Below are positions 19,931-28,957 of a stretch of DNA of 64,000 bases, piece by piece. The stretch is from a virus (Duplodnaviria > Heunggongvirae > Uroviricota > Caudoviricetes). Position numbers and translations under genes: made by a program. The stretch is taken from the IMG/VR virus record IMGVR_UViG_3300023174_004816, positions 1 through 64,000 of that record; one strand, 5' to 3'. Under the pieces are notes generated by a model. The model was not told where the DNA came from. It saw only the letters and a program-made list of their open reading frames with translations, and searched no databases. Each line of letters starts with the position of its first letter. Within the stretch, counting starts at the first letter, position 1.

Positions 19931-21130
19931 ATGAGTGACCAATCTCAGTATGAAAATTGCAGTTTTTGTAACAAACACAAAGATGAAGTAAAAAAGTTAA
20001 TTGTTGGCAACGAAGTGGCCATATGCAATGAGTGTGTGGAACTTTGCCAGAGTCTGTTAGATGACGATGTCAAAGAACGTCCCAAAGATGCCACAGACAT
20101 CGATCCTCAAGAACTCAAATCCTATCTTGATCAATATGTGATTGGGCAGGATCGAGCCAAGACTGTGCTCAGTGTGGCCATTGCCAATCACTACAAAAGA
20201 ATACAACACAGTACCTCAGACATCGAAATAGACAAAGCCAACATTCTCATGCTTGGCCCTACCGGGTCGGGAAAAACACTGTTGGCCAAGACAGTGGCAC
20301 GATATCTTGATGTACCGTTTGCCATTGCTGACGCTACATCAATCACTGAAGCTGGGTACGTGGGCGATGATGTAGAAAGTCTCATACAACGACTGCTCAC
20401 TGCCGCTGGCGGTGATGTAGAAAAGTGTCGCCGTGGTATCATATTTGTAGATGAGATAGACAAGATCGCTCGCAAAAGCGAATCAGCATCCATCACCAGA
20501 GACGTATCGGGCGAAGGTGTTCAACAGGCCTTGCTCAAAATGGTAGAAGGCACTGTGTGTCGCATACCAGCCGCAGGTGGTCGCAAACATCCAGGCGGGG
20601 ACATGATTGAAATTGACACTCGCAATATTCTATTCATCGCGGGTGGTGCGTTTGTTGGCCTAGATCAAATAGTTAAAAAACGCATGTACGGTACCAGCAT
20701 GGGTTTTGGAGCCACAGTGTCACAGCCCAAAGAAGTCAGTCTTGAGCATGTGGTTCCCGACGACTTGGTCAAGTTTGGACTGATACCTGAATTTGTAGGG
20801 CGATTCCCTAGCTGGGTCAACTTGGATGGTCTGACCACAGCTGATCTTGTACATGTACTCACAGATACCAAGAATAGTTTGATCAAACAGTATCAGCATT
20901 TATTTGCAGTAGACAAAGTTGAACTGGATTTTGAAGATGATGCGCTGACAACCATTGCACAACGATCAGCAGAGTTTGGCACAGGAGCTCGTGCTTTGCA
21001 CAGCGAGCTAGAGCGTGTGCTAATGCCTCATATGTTTAACATCAAACGCTATCGAGACCGCGGCATAAACCGCGTAGTTATTAACAAAGAACAAATAAAT
21101 AATCCTACACCCGTGTACAAGGAGGAATAG
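19931..21130 (+). CDS. clpX: ATP-dependent Clp protease ATPase subunit ClpX
   Basis: N-terminal C4 zinc finger (CSFCNKH...CNEC), Walker A GPTGSGKT, sensor motifs; 399 aa. Confidence 0.9.
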   Translation: MSDQSQYENCSFCNKHKDEVKKLIVGNEVAICNECVELCQSLLDDDVKERPKDATDIDPQELKSYLDQYVIGQDRAKTVLSVAIANHYKRIQHSTSDIEIDKANILMLGPTGSGKTLLAKTVARYLDVPFAIADATSITEAGYVGDDVESLIQRLLTAAGGDVEKCRRGIIFVDEIDKIARKSESASITRDVSGEGVQQALLKMVEGTVCRIPAAGGRKHPGGDMIEIDTRNILFIAGGAFVGLDQIVKKRMYGTSMGFGATVSQPKEVSLEHVVPDDLVKFGLIPEFVGRFPSWVNLDGLTTADLVHVLTDTKNSLIKQYQHLFAVDKVELDFEDDALTTIAQRSAEFGTGARALHSELERVLMPHMFNIKRYRDRGINRVVINKEQINNPTPVYKEE

Positions 21131-21131
21131 T

Positions 21132-21344
21132 TTGGGAAAACGTGTAGAAGTCCGTGATGGCAATGTAGAAAAAGCCCTGCGGAAATTTAAGAAAAAAATA
21201 CAGGAATCTGGTCTGCTGTTCGAACTCAAAGAACGTGAGCAGTATATCAAGCCCACCACTCAGCGCAAGCTCAAGGCATCTGCGGCTAAAAAACGCTGGC
21301 AAAAACATCTACGCAGTCAGCAACTTCCACCCAAACAGTTTTAA
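21132..21344 (+). CDS. rpsU: 30S ribosomal protein S21 homologue
   Basis: GKRVEVRDGNVEKALRKFKKK...YIKPTTQRKLK resembles bacterial S21; TTG start 7 nt after an AGGAGG. Confidence 0.8.
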   Translation: MGKRVEVRDGNVEKALRKFKKKIQESGLLFELKEREQYIKPTTQRKLKASAAKKRWQKHLRSQQLPPKQF

Positions 21345-21562
21345 TGTACATTGTTTTTGATGTAAGATTTCGACACGAATTAGACACAGTCAAAGAGCAA
21401 ATCGCTCAGTGGGCTGAAAAGTATCAAATACAGTACACTCAAAAAACCATAAAATATCAGCACCGCTTGGGTCTCAATCGAGACAAAGAATTTACTCTTT
21501 TCTCAATGACCTGGGAAGGTGTTCCTTACAAAATAGTCAATATCGGCAACGAAGGATATTGA
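21344..21562 (+). CDS. hypothetical protein
   Basis: 72-aa ORF overlapping the S21 stop. Confidence 0.4.
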   Translation: MYIVFDVRFRHELDTVKEQIAQWAEKYQIQYTQKTIKYQHRLGLNRDKEFTLFSMTWEGVPYKIVNIGNEGY

Positions 21563-21651
21563 CAACTCTTGAAAAATCTGTTATAAATATACATGTAGAT
21601 GCCGATGGTCGGGTCTACATAGTCAAACTTGCTTAAACAAAGGAGAAAATT
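21559..21651 (+). promoter_or_regulatory. TTGACA-17-TATAAA promoter plus structured 5'UTR (ROSE-like thermometer candidate) upstream of hsp20
   Basis: -35 at 21559-21564 and -10 at 21582-21587; hairpin TGTAGA...TCTACA at 21594-21619; UUGCU at 21629-21633 can pair with the SD AGGAG at 21641-21645 with a G-G mismatch. Confidence 0.45.
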
Positions 21652-22098
21652 ATGACTAAAATTACATCCCTAGATCTCACACCTTTTTATCGCCAAGCCA
21701 TTGGCATTGATGGTCTTTTTGATCGTCTCATGCACAACATTGATATGGCCAGTGCAAACAATGGTGGTAACAACTACCCTCCCTACAACATCATCAAAAC
21801 TGGTGAGGATTCCTATGAAATCCAAATTGCTGTAGCAGGGTTTGCCGAAGGTGAAGTAGAACTCAACTTCCACGAAGGACAACTTGTGATCACAGGAGAA
21901 AAGAACACAGATGACAGCGACACACAGTACCTACATCGAGGTATCAGTGCCCGTAAGTTCATCCGTACTTTCCAACTCAGTGATTATGTGGAAGTTCGTG
22001 AAGCCACTATCAAAGATGGTATTTTGACAGTGAGTTTGCAACGCATTGTGCCCGAAGAAATGAAGCCAAAGCGTATTGCAATCTCCTACGCAAAATAA
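21652..22098 (+). CDS. ibpA: small heat-shock protein Hsp20 (IbpA-like)
   Basis: YPPYNI, IAVAGFAEGEVEL alpha-crystallin domain, collinear with E. coli IbpA. Confidence 0.85.
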   Translation: MTKITSLDLTPFYRQAIGIDGLFDRLMHNIDMASANNGGNNYPPYNIIKTGEDSYEIQIAVAGFAEGEVELNFHEGQLVITGEKNTDDSDTQYLHRGISARKFIRTFQLSDYVEVREATIKDGILTVSLQRIVPEEMKPKRIAISYAK

Positions 22099-22158
22099 TA
22101 TAATGTAGTAAATACAGTGGAGGGCATGTTGCTCTCCACTCAATAGCAAGGGAAAAAG

Positions 22159-22473
22159 ATGTCCGATACAGCTACGCAAACAAGAACTATAATACAACCC
22201 AGAGAAGATCTCAAAGAACCTCCCATGTTCAAGGTCATATATCTCAATGACAATCAAACTTCAATGGAATTTGTAATCGAAAGCCTGGTAGCACACTTTG
22301 ATTATAACCCTGCCACAGCAGAAAAACTCACTGTAGACATCCATGAAGATGGGTCAGCAGTGGTAGCAATATTGCCCTATGAGTTAGCCGAACAAAAAGG
22401 CATCGAAGTCACTGTGGATGCTCGAGGCGCTGGTTATCCACTACAAGTCAAACTTGAGCCTGATCAGGTTTAA
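22159..22473 (+). CDS. clpS: ClpS adaptor protein
   Basis: PPMFKVIYLNDNQTSMEFVIESL core resembles ClpS. Confidence 0.85.
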   Translation: MSDTATQTRTIIQPREDLKEPPMFKVIYLNDNQTSMEFVIESLVAHFDYNPATAEKLTVDIHEDGSAVVAILPYELAEQKGIEVTVDARGAGYPLQVKLEPDQV

Positions 22474-23261
22474 AAGTTTATTTCAATTCGTTTAGGATAA
22501 TACACCGATTTTGACCAAGGTGTATTTCCACGACCTCTGCAGTTGTTGACATAACGCACTCCGCCTAACCAGGAATCTACATCACCGTGGTAGTGACCAA
22601 AACACCAGGTGTGTATCTTTGATTCTGTGTCATTGACCACTGCTTTCATGATATGACTGTTGCCAGACGAATTTAATCTGTAGGTGTTGGCCAGTTCATT
22701 GTCGTGTTTGATAAGATCCACACAAGGAACAGTGTGTGTGACTATGACTATTTTCTTAACGTCTTGATGCGTTTGCAGTCGTTCTACAGATTTGGCAAGA
22801 TATGCAAAGTCATTGAGGGCCATGGATTCAACAGCATCCACAGCGGTTTGGTTAATTTGATAACGATCTCGAAACCACTCTCGACTTTGGTCGTAGTCAA
22901 TGTAAGGATCCATGTCAAAGGTCCACCAAGCATTGGTTCCTAAAAAGGCCACACCATCCACAATACAAACATTGTCTTGTAGGTATGTTACATTGGGTAT
23001 GTCTTCCAATTCTTCGGCCAATGACCGATAACTTTCCCCAAGGTCGTCTAAATTAAATCTATGTTCATCGTTGCCGTCTATGTAAAAAACAGCTCGATAA
23101 CGTTCGCCCAGGTGACGAAGAGTTTCAATCACCGTGGTACGGTCTCGAGATATATCACCAGCTACCACGCACATCATGCTAGTGGCTTGACCGGTCCAAT
23201 CAAAAGGTTGGTCCCAGGTTTCTATATGCAAATCGGAAATTAAATCAAAGGCAAGTTTCAT
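22470..23261 (-). CDS. calcineurin-like metallophosphoesterase
   Basis: DLH, GDISRD, GNDEH and GHYHGD metal-binding motifs. Confidence 0.7.
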   Translation of the reverse strand: MKLAFDLISDLHIETWDQPFDWTGQATSMMCVVAGDISRDRTTVIETLRHLGERYRAVFYIDGNDEHRFNLDDLGESYRSLAEELEDIPNVTYLQDNVCIVDGVAFLGTNAWWTFDMDPYIDYDQSREWFRDRYQINQTAVDAVESMALNDFAYLAKSVERLQTHQDVKKIVIVTHTVPCVDLIKHDNELANTYRLNSSGNSHIMKAVVNDTESKIHTWCFGHYHGDVDSWLGGVRYVNNCRGRGNTPWSKSVYYPKRIEINF

Positions 23262-23286
23262 GATACATATTTACAGGAGAACAATC

Positions 23287-23661
23287 ATGCATATAATATT
23301 TGGCGATGAAGCTGCCGCAGAAATGGCACAAAAATACACAGTATTAAAATTGGATAAAATCCAATTGGACCCCACAGGCCCAGTGTTAAACAGTTATTGT
23401 GTGATCGACAAAGATCAGGTACAGTTACAGGACATTGGCAAAATGGAAAACATAATCAATTTGCATGCCAAGCTCATGGAAAACTATTGTCGGAAAAATT
23501 GGAGTTTTTGTGAACAGGCCTTGGAGCATTTGCACGGAACATTCAACGGTACCTTAAACTCCTTCTACGATCATATTTCAAATAGAATTGCTAAGTACAA
23601 AGATACGGACCCTGGTCCGGATTGGAACGGCGTTTATGAAAAATACAATAGCGGCAATTAG
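23287..23661 (+). CDS. hypothetical protein
   Basis: ACAGGAGAACAATC-ATG RBS; the ORF track starts at 23260. Confidence 0.4.
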   Translation: MHIIFGDEAAAEMAQKYTVLKLDKIQLDPTGPVLNSYCVIDKDQVQLQDIGKMENIINLHAKLMENYCRKNWSFCEQALEHLHGTFNGTLNSFYDHISNRIAKYKDTDPGPDWNGVYEKYNSGN

Positions 23662-24028
23662 TGTCGCACTAACACTATCAGCTTGCGCACTATTTCCTAG
23701 CTACTTTGACACCAACGAGCAAGCTCGTATCACTGACATCATCCTGCTGAGCCAGGATGATTCTGTTTGTAGTCGTGCCGATATAGCCACAGTGGCTCGA
23801 GACATTGATCATTCTGCACAGTGGTTAAAAATTTACAGTGCATCTATTCCCAGAAACAATGCGCTCACAGACATGACACGTAATCTTGCTGGTGTGACAC
23901 AGGACTTCCGATCAGCATACCAAAAAGAAAAACAGCCTAGTCAATTTTATTGCCGTGCCAAGATAAAAATAATAAATGAAGCCACGACTCGCATGCTAGA
24001 CGTCAGTGGGAGGAGACCTAGATCATGA
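23636..24028 (+). CDS. putative lipoprotein
   Basis: Signal peptide with LTLSAC lipobox. Confidence 0.4.
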   Translation: MKNTIAAISVALTLSACALFPSYFDTNEQARITDIILLSQDDSVCSRADIATVARDIDHSAQWLKIYSASIPRNNALTDMTRNLAGVTQDFRSAYQKEKQPSQFYCRAKIKIINEATTRMLDVSGRRPRS

Positions 24029-24267
24029 GCATAATAGACGTAGTTAATAATTTTTGTAACAGTGAAGGCGAACTTGGCAATCGTGTTAGATTGGCCGTGA
24101 GTTACAGAGATGCACTAGCCCGTGGCGACATTGATGATCGTGAATATCAAGAACTCTTGATTGACCTACAACGTCTAGAAAACATACAGTTAAGTGCAGG
24201 CGAACTAGACGCACAAATTGCATTCAATGAATGCATTGAACTGTTGAAAAATCTTCCTATTAGATAA
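24025..24267 (+). CDS. hypothetical protein
   Basis: 80-aa ORF, ATGA overlap. Confidence 0.4.
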   Translation: MSIIDVVNNFCNSEGELGNRVRLAVSYRDALARGDIDDREYQELLIDLQRLENIQLSAGELDAQIAFNECIELLKNLPIR

Positions 24268-24319
24268 AACGCACTCTTATTTGTGTCGGCTTTAGTTAAA
24301 TACAACTAGGAGCTCGCAA

Positions 24320-24769
24320 ATGAAAAATATAATAATTGCGGCGCTGGGCATCGCAATAATGCCTGTTGTTGCTGTTTCTGCACCACTGCCAGACTTTAGT
24401 TTTAAAAGTCCTGCTTTTAACGGAGTAGGTTATAGCAGTCACGTCCTCACAATCGAGAATCAAGAAGCCACACGTCGTAAAGCTCTTGAAGACAAAATAC
24501 AATCTGCCATAGACAAAGCGGCTGCTGATGCTAAAAATACAAATCTGGCAAAGTTTTTAAACAATCTAGAAAGTCGTATCTATGCTCAGATCTCGCAGAA
24601 CTTGGCCACGGCTATGTTTACTGCTGGAACTTCAACGTCGGGTTCGTTTAACTTTGAAGGCAACGTAATAGAGTGGACCAAAGACAGCACCAGTGTTTAT
24701 CTCACAGTGAGAGACACAGTGGGCAATACCACACAGATCACAGTGCCATTGGGACAGTTTACTTTCTAA
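24320..24769 (+). CDS. csgF: curli assembly protein CsgF-like
   Basis: Signal peptide then FSFKSPAFNGVGY (cf. CsgF FQFRNPNFGGNPNNG) and C-terminal QITVPLGQFTF (cf. TIQVSGLQNNSTDF); AGGAG RBS. Confidence 0.6.
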   Translation: MKNIIIAALGIAIMPVVAVSAPLPDFSFKSPAFNGVGYSSHVLTIENQEATRRKALEDKIQSAIDKAAADAKNTNLAKFLNNLESRIYAQISQNLATAMFTAGTSTSGSFNFEGNVIEWTKDSTSVYLTVRDTVGNTTQITVPLGQFTF

Positions 24770-24770
24770 T

Positions 24771-26015
24771 ATGAAAAAAGTATTAACTATATTCTCTTTG
24801 ATCACAATATTAAGTGGATGTGCCATCATCCAAAGCACCAGCTTGAACGAAACAGATCCCACAGTGTCCGCACAAAGAGAGAATATCAAAAAAGATTTTG
24901 ATACTCTTCCGCCACCAAGTTCGGGCAAACCAATCAGTGTGGCAGTTTACAGTTTTAAAGATTTAACCGGCCAACGTCGTCCACAAACCAATGTGGCAAG
25001 TTTATCAACAGCAGTCACACAAGGTGCTGAAGCATTTTTAATCAAGGCACTACAAGATGTTGGCAATGGTCGTTGGTTTGATGTAGTTGAGCGTGTGGGC
25101 ATAGATAACCTGACCAAAGAACGTCTGATCATTCGTCAGATGCGTGAAGCCTACGAGGGCGCCAACGCTAAACCACTCATGCCCATGCAGTTTGCTGGCA
25201 TGATCATTGAAGGTGGTATTGTTGGGTACGACTCATCGATCAACAGTGGTGGCGCTGGTATGCGAGTGTTCGGTATTGGTAAACAAACACAATGGACACA
25301 GGATGTGGTCACAGTAAGCCTACGTGCTGTGAGTGTAAACACAGGCAAAGTCTTGGTCACAGTTGCAGTACAAAAAACTATTTTAGGATCTGCTGATTCA
25401 GTGAGTGCATTGAAATTCTATGACATGGGCACCAAAGCCTTTGAAGCAGAAACAGGACTCACGATCAATGAGCCCGGAACTTATGCAGTGAAATCAGCCA
25501 CTGAAGCCGCTGTGGTAGAGTTGATCAAAGAAGGACAACGCAAAGGAGTATGGGATTTTAAACCGGAGACACCACCCCCAACACCACAAGTTCAGTCTGG
25601 ATCTCCGGCTCCAGTGATTGCCAGCGAGATTAAGACTGTTTCACCGCAAGTCAAGGAGAACAAAAATGAGTTGGTTCAACCACAAACCCCCAAAGCATCC
25701 GCCGCTGCCACCACAACAACACCCGCACCGGTTCAGCCCAATATCGGAAAAGATACGCGAGGGGACAAAACAGAAAGTAAACCCGTTGTCACAAAAACAG
25801 AAGAACCCAGACCGCTGTTCGGACAACGAAGATTAAAAGAAGCTGAGTTCATTTATAAAGAACCCAATGATCGTAGTCAAAAAACTTGGCAGTTCAAAAA
25901 AGGCACAGTGGTAGACATCAGACAACCAGGCAGCGATGGTTGGGTCAGAGTCACTGACAGCGAGCAACGAGGGGGCTGGATTCGTGTGGAACAACTAGAA
26001 GAACTTGGCCGTTAA
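24771..26015 (+). CDS. csgG: curli secretion channel CsgG-like lipoprotein with a C-terminal SH3-like extension
   Basis: Lipobox LSGC; SVAVYSFKDLTGQ, GGIVGYDSSINSGGAGMRVFGIG and TVSLRAVSVNTGKVL collinear with E. coli CsgG; extra Pro/Thr-rich linker plus an SH3b-like C-terminus. Confidence 0.8.
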   Translation: MKKVLTIFSLITILSGCAIIQSTSLNETDPTVSAQRENIKKDFDTLPPPSSGKPISVAVYSFKDLTGQRRPQTNVASLSTAVTQGAEAFLIKALQDVGNGRWFDVVERVGIDNLTKERLIIRQMREAYEGANAKPLMPMQFAGMIIEGGIVGYDSSINSGGAGMRVFGIGKQTQWTQDVVTVSLRAVSVNTGKVLVTVAVQKTILGSADSVSALKFYDMGTKAFEAETGLTINEPGTYAVKSATEAAVVELIKEGQRKGVWDFKPETPPPTPQVQSGSPAPVIASEIKTVSPQVKENKNELVQPQTPKASAAATTTTPAPVQPNIGKDTRGDKTESKPVVTKTEEPRPLFGQRRLKEAEFIYKEPNDRSQKTWQFKKGTVVDIRQPGSDGWVRVTDSEQRGGWIRVEQLEELGR

Positions 26016-26149
26016 AATGCTGTCGCTTAATAAAACAGCAATAACGATTAAATATTTAAGTAGCATCAGCCTCATGCAGTTTAAGGAGGTAAAATAATTA
26101 TAAGGTCAAAAAGACCAGGGAGCTGGGACAGGGAAATATAAACCCGTCC

Positions 26150-26971
26150 TTGATGGAAATGAAAAACAGAATGACAGGCGCCGGTGGGTTGTCGAGTAAA
26201 TTACTCACCCTAATGTTGGTGTTAGGCATTAGTTGTACTGCAAATGCTGTAGACAACAGCATATACATAGATCAAAGCGGAGACACCGCCACGATCAACA
26301 TTACCCAAGACGGTTCTACCAACCGTGTCAAGGGTATACTGCCTAGTGGAAACCCAGGATTGACCACAGACCCAGCAACAATCACAGGCGATGGCATTTT
26401 GGTCAACGTCCAACAGGTTGGCAATAACAACACATTAAATCTTGGAGTTAATACTACCACTGCTTCGGGAGGAAATCCTACAACAGTCAACTACTCAGTG
26501 TCAGGCAACAACAACCAGGGTATGATTAACTTAAACAATGATGGTCAAGGTACCAATCAAAGCACTACATTAGATATCACACAGACCGGTGGAACCAACG
26601 TTGCTGATGTGGGTATCTTGGGAGCCAACAACAGTCTGACAGTGGATCAGAGCGGCGGCGGCGCAACTATCTATGCTAGAATCAATGCCGATGACACCAT
26701 GTCTACAGTGACAACCAGTGGTGGCTCGGGCAACGAAGTCAGCTTAAATCTCACAGGCAACAAAGGACAAGCAGATGTAACCATTGTTGGTGGATCCAAC
26801 ATTGTAGGGATCACACAAAGCGGTGGTGGTACATTGGGTCATAAGTCCACTGTTAACCTTGACGGGTCCGGTAACAATGTAGCCATAACTCAGGGCGGTA
26901 CCATTGACACCAATGTCAATTTGAAAAGTGTAGGATCTGGTAATGCTTTTACTATCAACACTCATAACTAA
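26150..26971 (+). CDS. curlin-repeat (CsgA/CsgB-like) secreted protein
   Basis: Signal peptide; repeated Q-x-G-x-x-N curlin repeat units (IDQSGDTATINITQDGSTN, VDQSGGGATIY, ITQSGGGTLG). Confidence 0.55.
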   Translation: MMEMKNRMTGAGGLSSKLLTLMLVLGISCTANAVDNSIYIDQSGDTATINITQDGSTNRVKGILPSGNPGLTTDPATITGDGILVNVQQVGNNNTLNLGVNTTTASGGNPTTVNYSVSGNNNQGMINLNNDGQGTNQSTTLDITQTGGTNVADVGILGANNSLTVDQSGGGATIYARINADDTMSTVTTSGGSGNEVSLNLTGNKGQADVTIVGGSNIVGITQSGGGTLGHKSTVNLDGSGNNVAITQGGTIDTNVNLKSVGSGNAFTINTHN

Positions 26972-26980
26972 GAGGGAACA

Positions 26981-28108
26981 ATGAAACTATGCAAGCTACT
27001 ACAATGCGCACTCTTGCTGAGTATATCACTGAACTGCATCGCGGCGATAGGTACCATAACAGAACAACTCAATGCGCCGGGTTCGATACAACGATCCACG
27101 GCAACAGTGACGGGGACCAAGGGGACCAAGGTGGAGATGCAGGACTCAGTCAAGACCCAGCAGGGCAAGCTGGGGATAACCTTTGACGATCAAACTCGTG
27201 TACAGGTCAACGAGAACTCCAAGTTAGTCATTGACAGCTTTGTATATGATCCTAAAAAGGGTGCGGGTAAACTGGCAGTCAATGTGGCCTTGGGCACAGT
27301 GCGTTATGCTTCGGGACAGATTGCTAAAAATAGTCCACAGAATGTGGCAGTCAACACACCAACTGCCACTATATCAGTTCGTGGCACAGATTTTTCAGCC
27401 ACAGTGGATGAGTTGGGGCAAAGCACTATTATTTTGCTACCTAGTTGTCCTAATGATCGCAGTAATAGAACTGCACGAGATATTGAGCGTGATTGCAAAA
27501 CTGGCGAGATTGTGGTAGAAAGCGATGCAGGACAAGTTATTCTCAATCAACCTTTTCAAGCCACAAGAGTGGACAGTCGCGGTGCCGCCCCTAGTGCGCC
27601 AACCATACTAAAGCTCAGTGAAGATGCCATTGGCAATATGTTGATTATGTCGCCACCACGCGAACTCAGAGAAGATAACACTCGTAACCGTGCAGAACTT
27701 AGAGGAGCCTTGGACATAGACTTCCTCAAAGAACAAGGCCTGGTCAATGCTCTTGACGCACAAGAAAAAGAAATATTTCAAGACAAGTTGAGTCGTAACT
27801 TTTTAGATCAAGACTTCTTGGCCAACATCTTGGACATTGTGAACGCACAGTTGGCCGCACAGTTAGACTTGTTGAATAAAAACAACAACAGCAAACTATT
27901 ACCTGATTGGTTACCATTGACTGGTGTCACTGTGGATCTTCAAGAGCCCAAAGTAACCCTAGCCAGAGACGATGGTAGCAACATCATGAGTGTTACAGTT
28001 CCAACCTCACAAAATCCCACAGTGATTATGTCACAGGGGTGGGTCATGGACATTAAGAATCGAGTCAACAATGGAGGCAGCACAACTATTACGCTGATAC
28101 AAAAATGA
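26981..28108 (+). CDS. secreted FecR-domain-like protein
   Basis: Signal peptide; beta-rich region (VRYASGQIAKN...ISVRGTDFSATVDELG) resembling a FecR/DUF4880 fold; assignment tentative. Confidence 0.35.
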   Translation: MKLCKLLQCALLLSISLNCIAAIGTITEQLNAPGSIQRSTATVTGTKGTKVEMQDSVKTQQGKLGITFDDQTRVQVNENSKLVIDSFVYDPKKGAGKLAVNVALGTVRYASGQIAKNSPQNVAVNTPTATISVRGTDFSATVDELGQSTIILLPSCPNDRSNRTARDIERDCKTGEIVVESDAGQVILNQPFQATRVDSRGAAPSAPTILKLSEDAIGNMLIMSPPRELREDNTRNRAELRGALDIDFLKEQGLVNALDAQEKEIFQDKLSRNFLDQDFLANILDIVNAQLAAQLDLLNKNNNSKLLPDWLPLTGVTVDLQEPKVTLARDDGSNIMSVTVPTSQNPTVIMSQGWVMDIKNRVNNGGSTTITLIQK

Positions 28109-28851
28109 TAGAAAAAGATCATTACAAAGCCAGTCTTGAATACTGGCGACGTTGGGAAGCAGAAAAACAAGCATTGTCCAAGCGAAATCTAATAAACGGT
28201 TGTTTTATAGCTGTTGGATTATTTGCAATGCCTTTTGTCATACTATTTGCTTTGATTGCAATGACTGGCAAGGCTCACGCACAAAACCAAATAAATCAAG
28301 GTCTGAATCCTGGCGTGGCAATTCCTGCTGCCAGCACAGTCTATGTTGATCAAATAGGTAACTACAATACCATTAACATAGAACAAAAAGACACAGTGGG
28401 GCACTCAGCCACTGTTACCATGGGCAAACTCAGCGATGTTGATCATACCACAGTTTCTATACTACAACAAGGCACAGGAACAAAAACAGCATCAGTTGAA
28501 ATAAAAGCCGGCACATACAACAATGCTGTCATCAATCAAGATGGGGCAGGCAATCACTTGGCCAGCATACAGAATCTCAATGGCAGCAACAACGGCATAA
28601 CTGTCACGCAAAGCGGAGCAGGACAGCATGAGTTCAACGTGATTGGCGGAGCAGGGACCACAAACAGCAACAATTCTATCACTGCCACACAAAGTGGAGG
28701 AATAGGTGCAGAGAAATGGTTTAATGTTTGGCTCAACGGTGCCAACGGCGCCACTGTCAATGTACAACAAACAGACAACAATCCTGGGCAGGCATCATTT
28801 AACATACAATGTCAAACAGGTTGTGGAGCCTGGAGTTACATACGTCAATAA
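28105..28851 (+). CDS. second curlin-repeat (CsgA-like) protein
   Basis: Signal/TM segment then VDQIGNYNTINIEQ, INQDGAGNHLASIQ, VTQSGAGQHEF and ATQSGGIGAE repeats. Confidence 0.5.
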   Translation: MIEKDHYKASLEYWRRWEAEKQALSKRNLINGCFIAVGLFAMPFVILFALIAMTGKAHAQNQINQGLNPGVAIPAASTVYVDQIGNYNTINIEQKDTVGHSATVTMGKLSDVDHTTVSILQQGTGTKTASVEIKAGTYNNAVINQDGAGNHLASIQNLNGSNNGITVTQSGAGQHEFNVIGGAGTTNSNNSITATQSGGIGAEKWFNVWLNGANGATVNVQQTDNNPGQASFNIQCQTGCGAWSYIRQ

Positions 28852-28928
28852 CTCAGTGTTTATTTTGTTGAGAAAACACTTTAAATACTTTACATGAAGT
28901 AACGTCTAGAGCTAGACTAACATAATGT

Positions 28929-28957
28929 TAAGCCCCTTTCGGGGCTTTTTTATTTCT
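28929..28957. terminator. bidirectional rho-independent terminator
   Basis: AGCCCCTTTCGGGGCT stem-loop with TTTTTT on the + side and an A-run on the - side, between convergent genes. Confidence 0.7.

Noticed and set aside
26150-28851. Possible CRISPR array or DNA tandem repeat signalled by the repetitive curlin-gene region
   Set aside because: The repetition is at the protein level, in degenerate Q-x-G-x-x-N units. No regular DNA direct repeats with spacers are present, and no CRISPR array is seen anywhere in the window.
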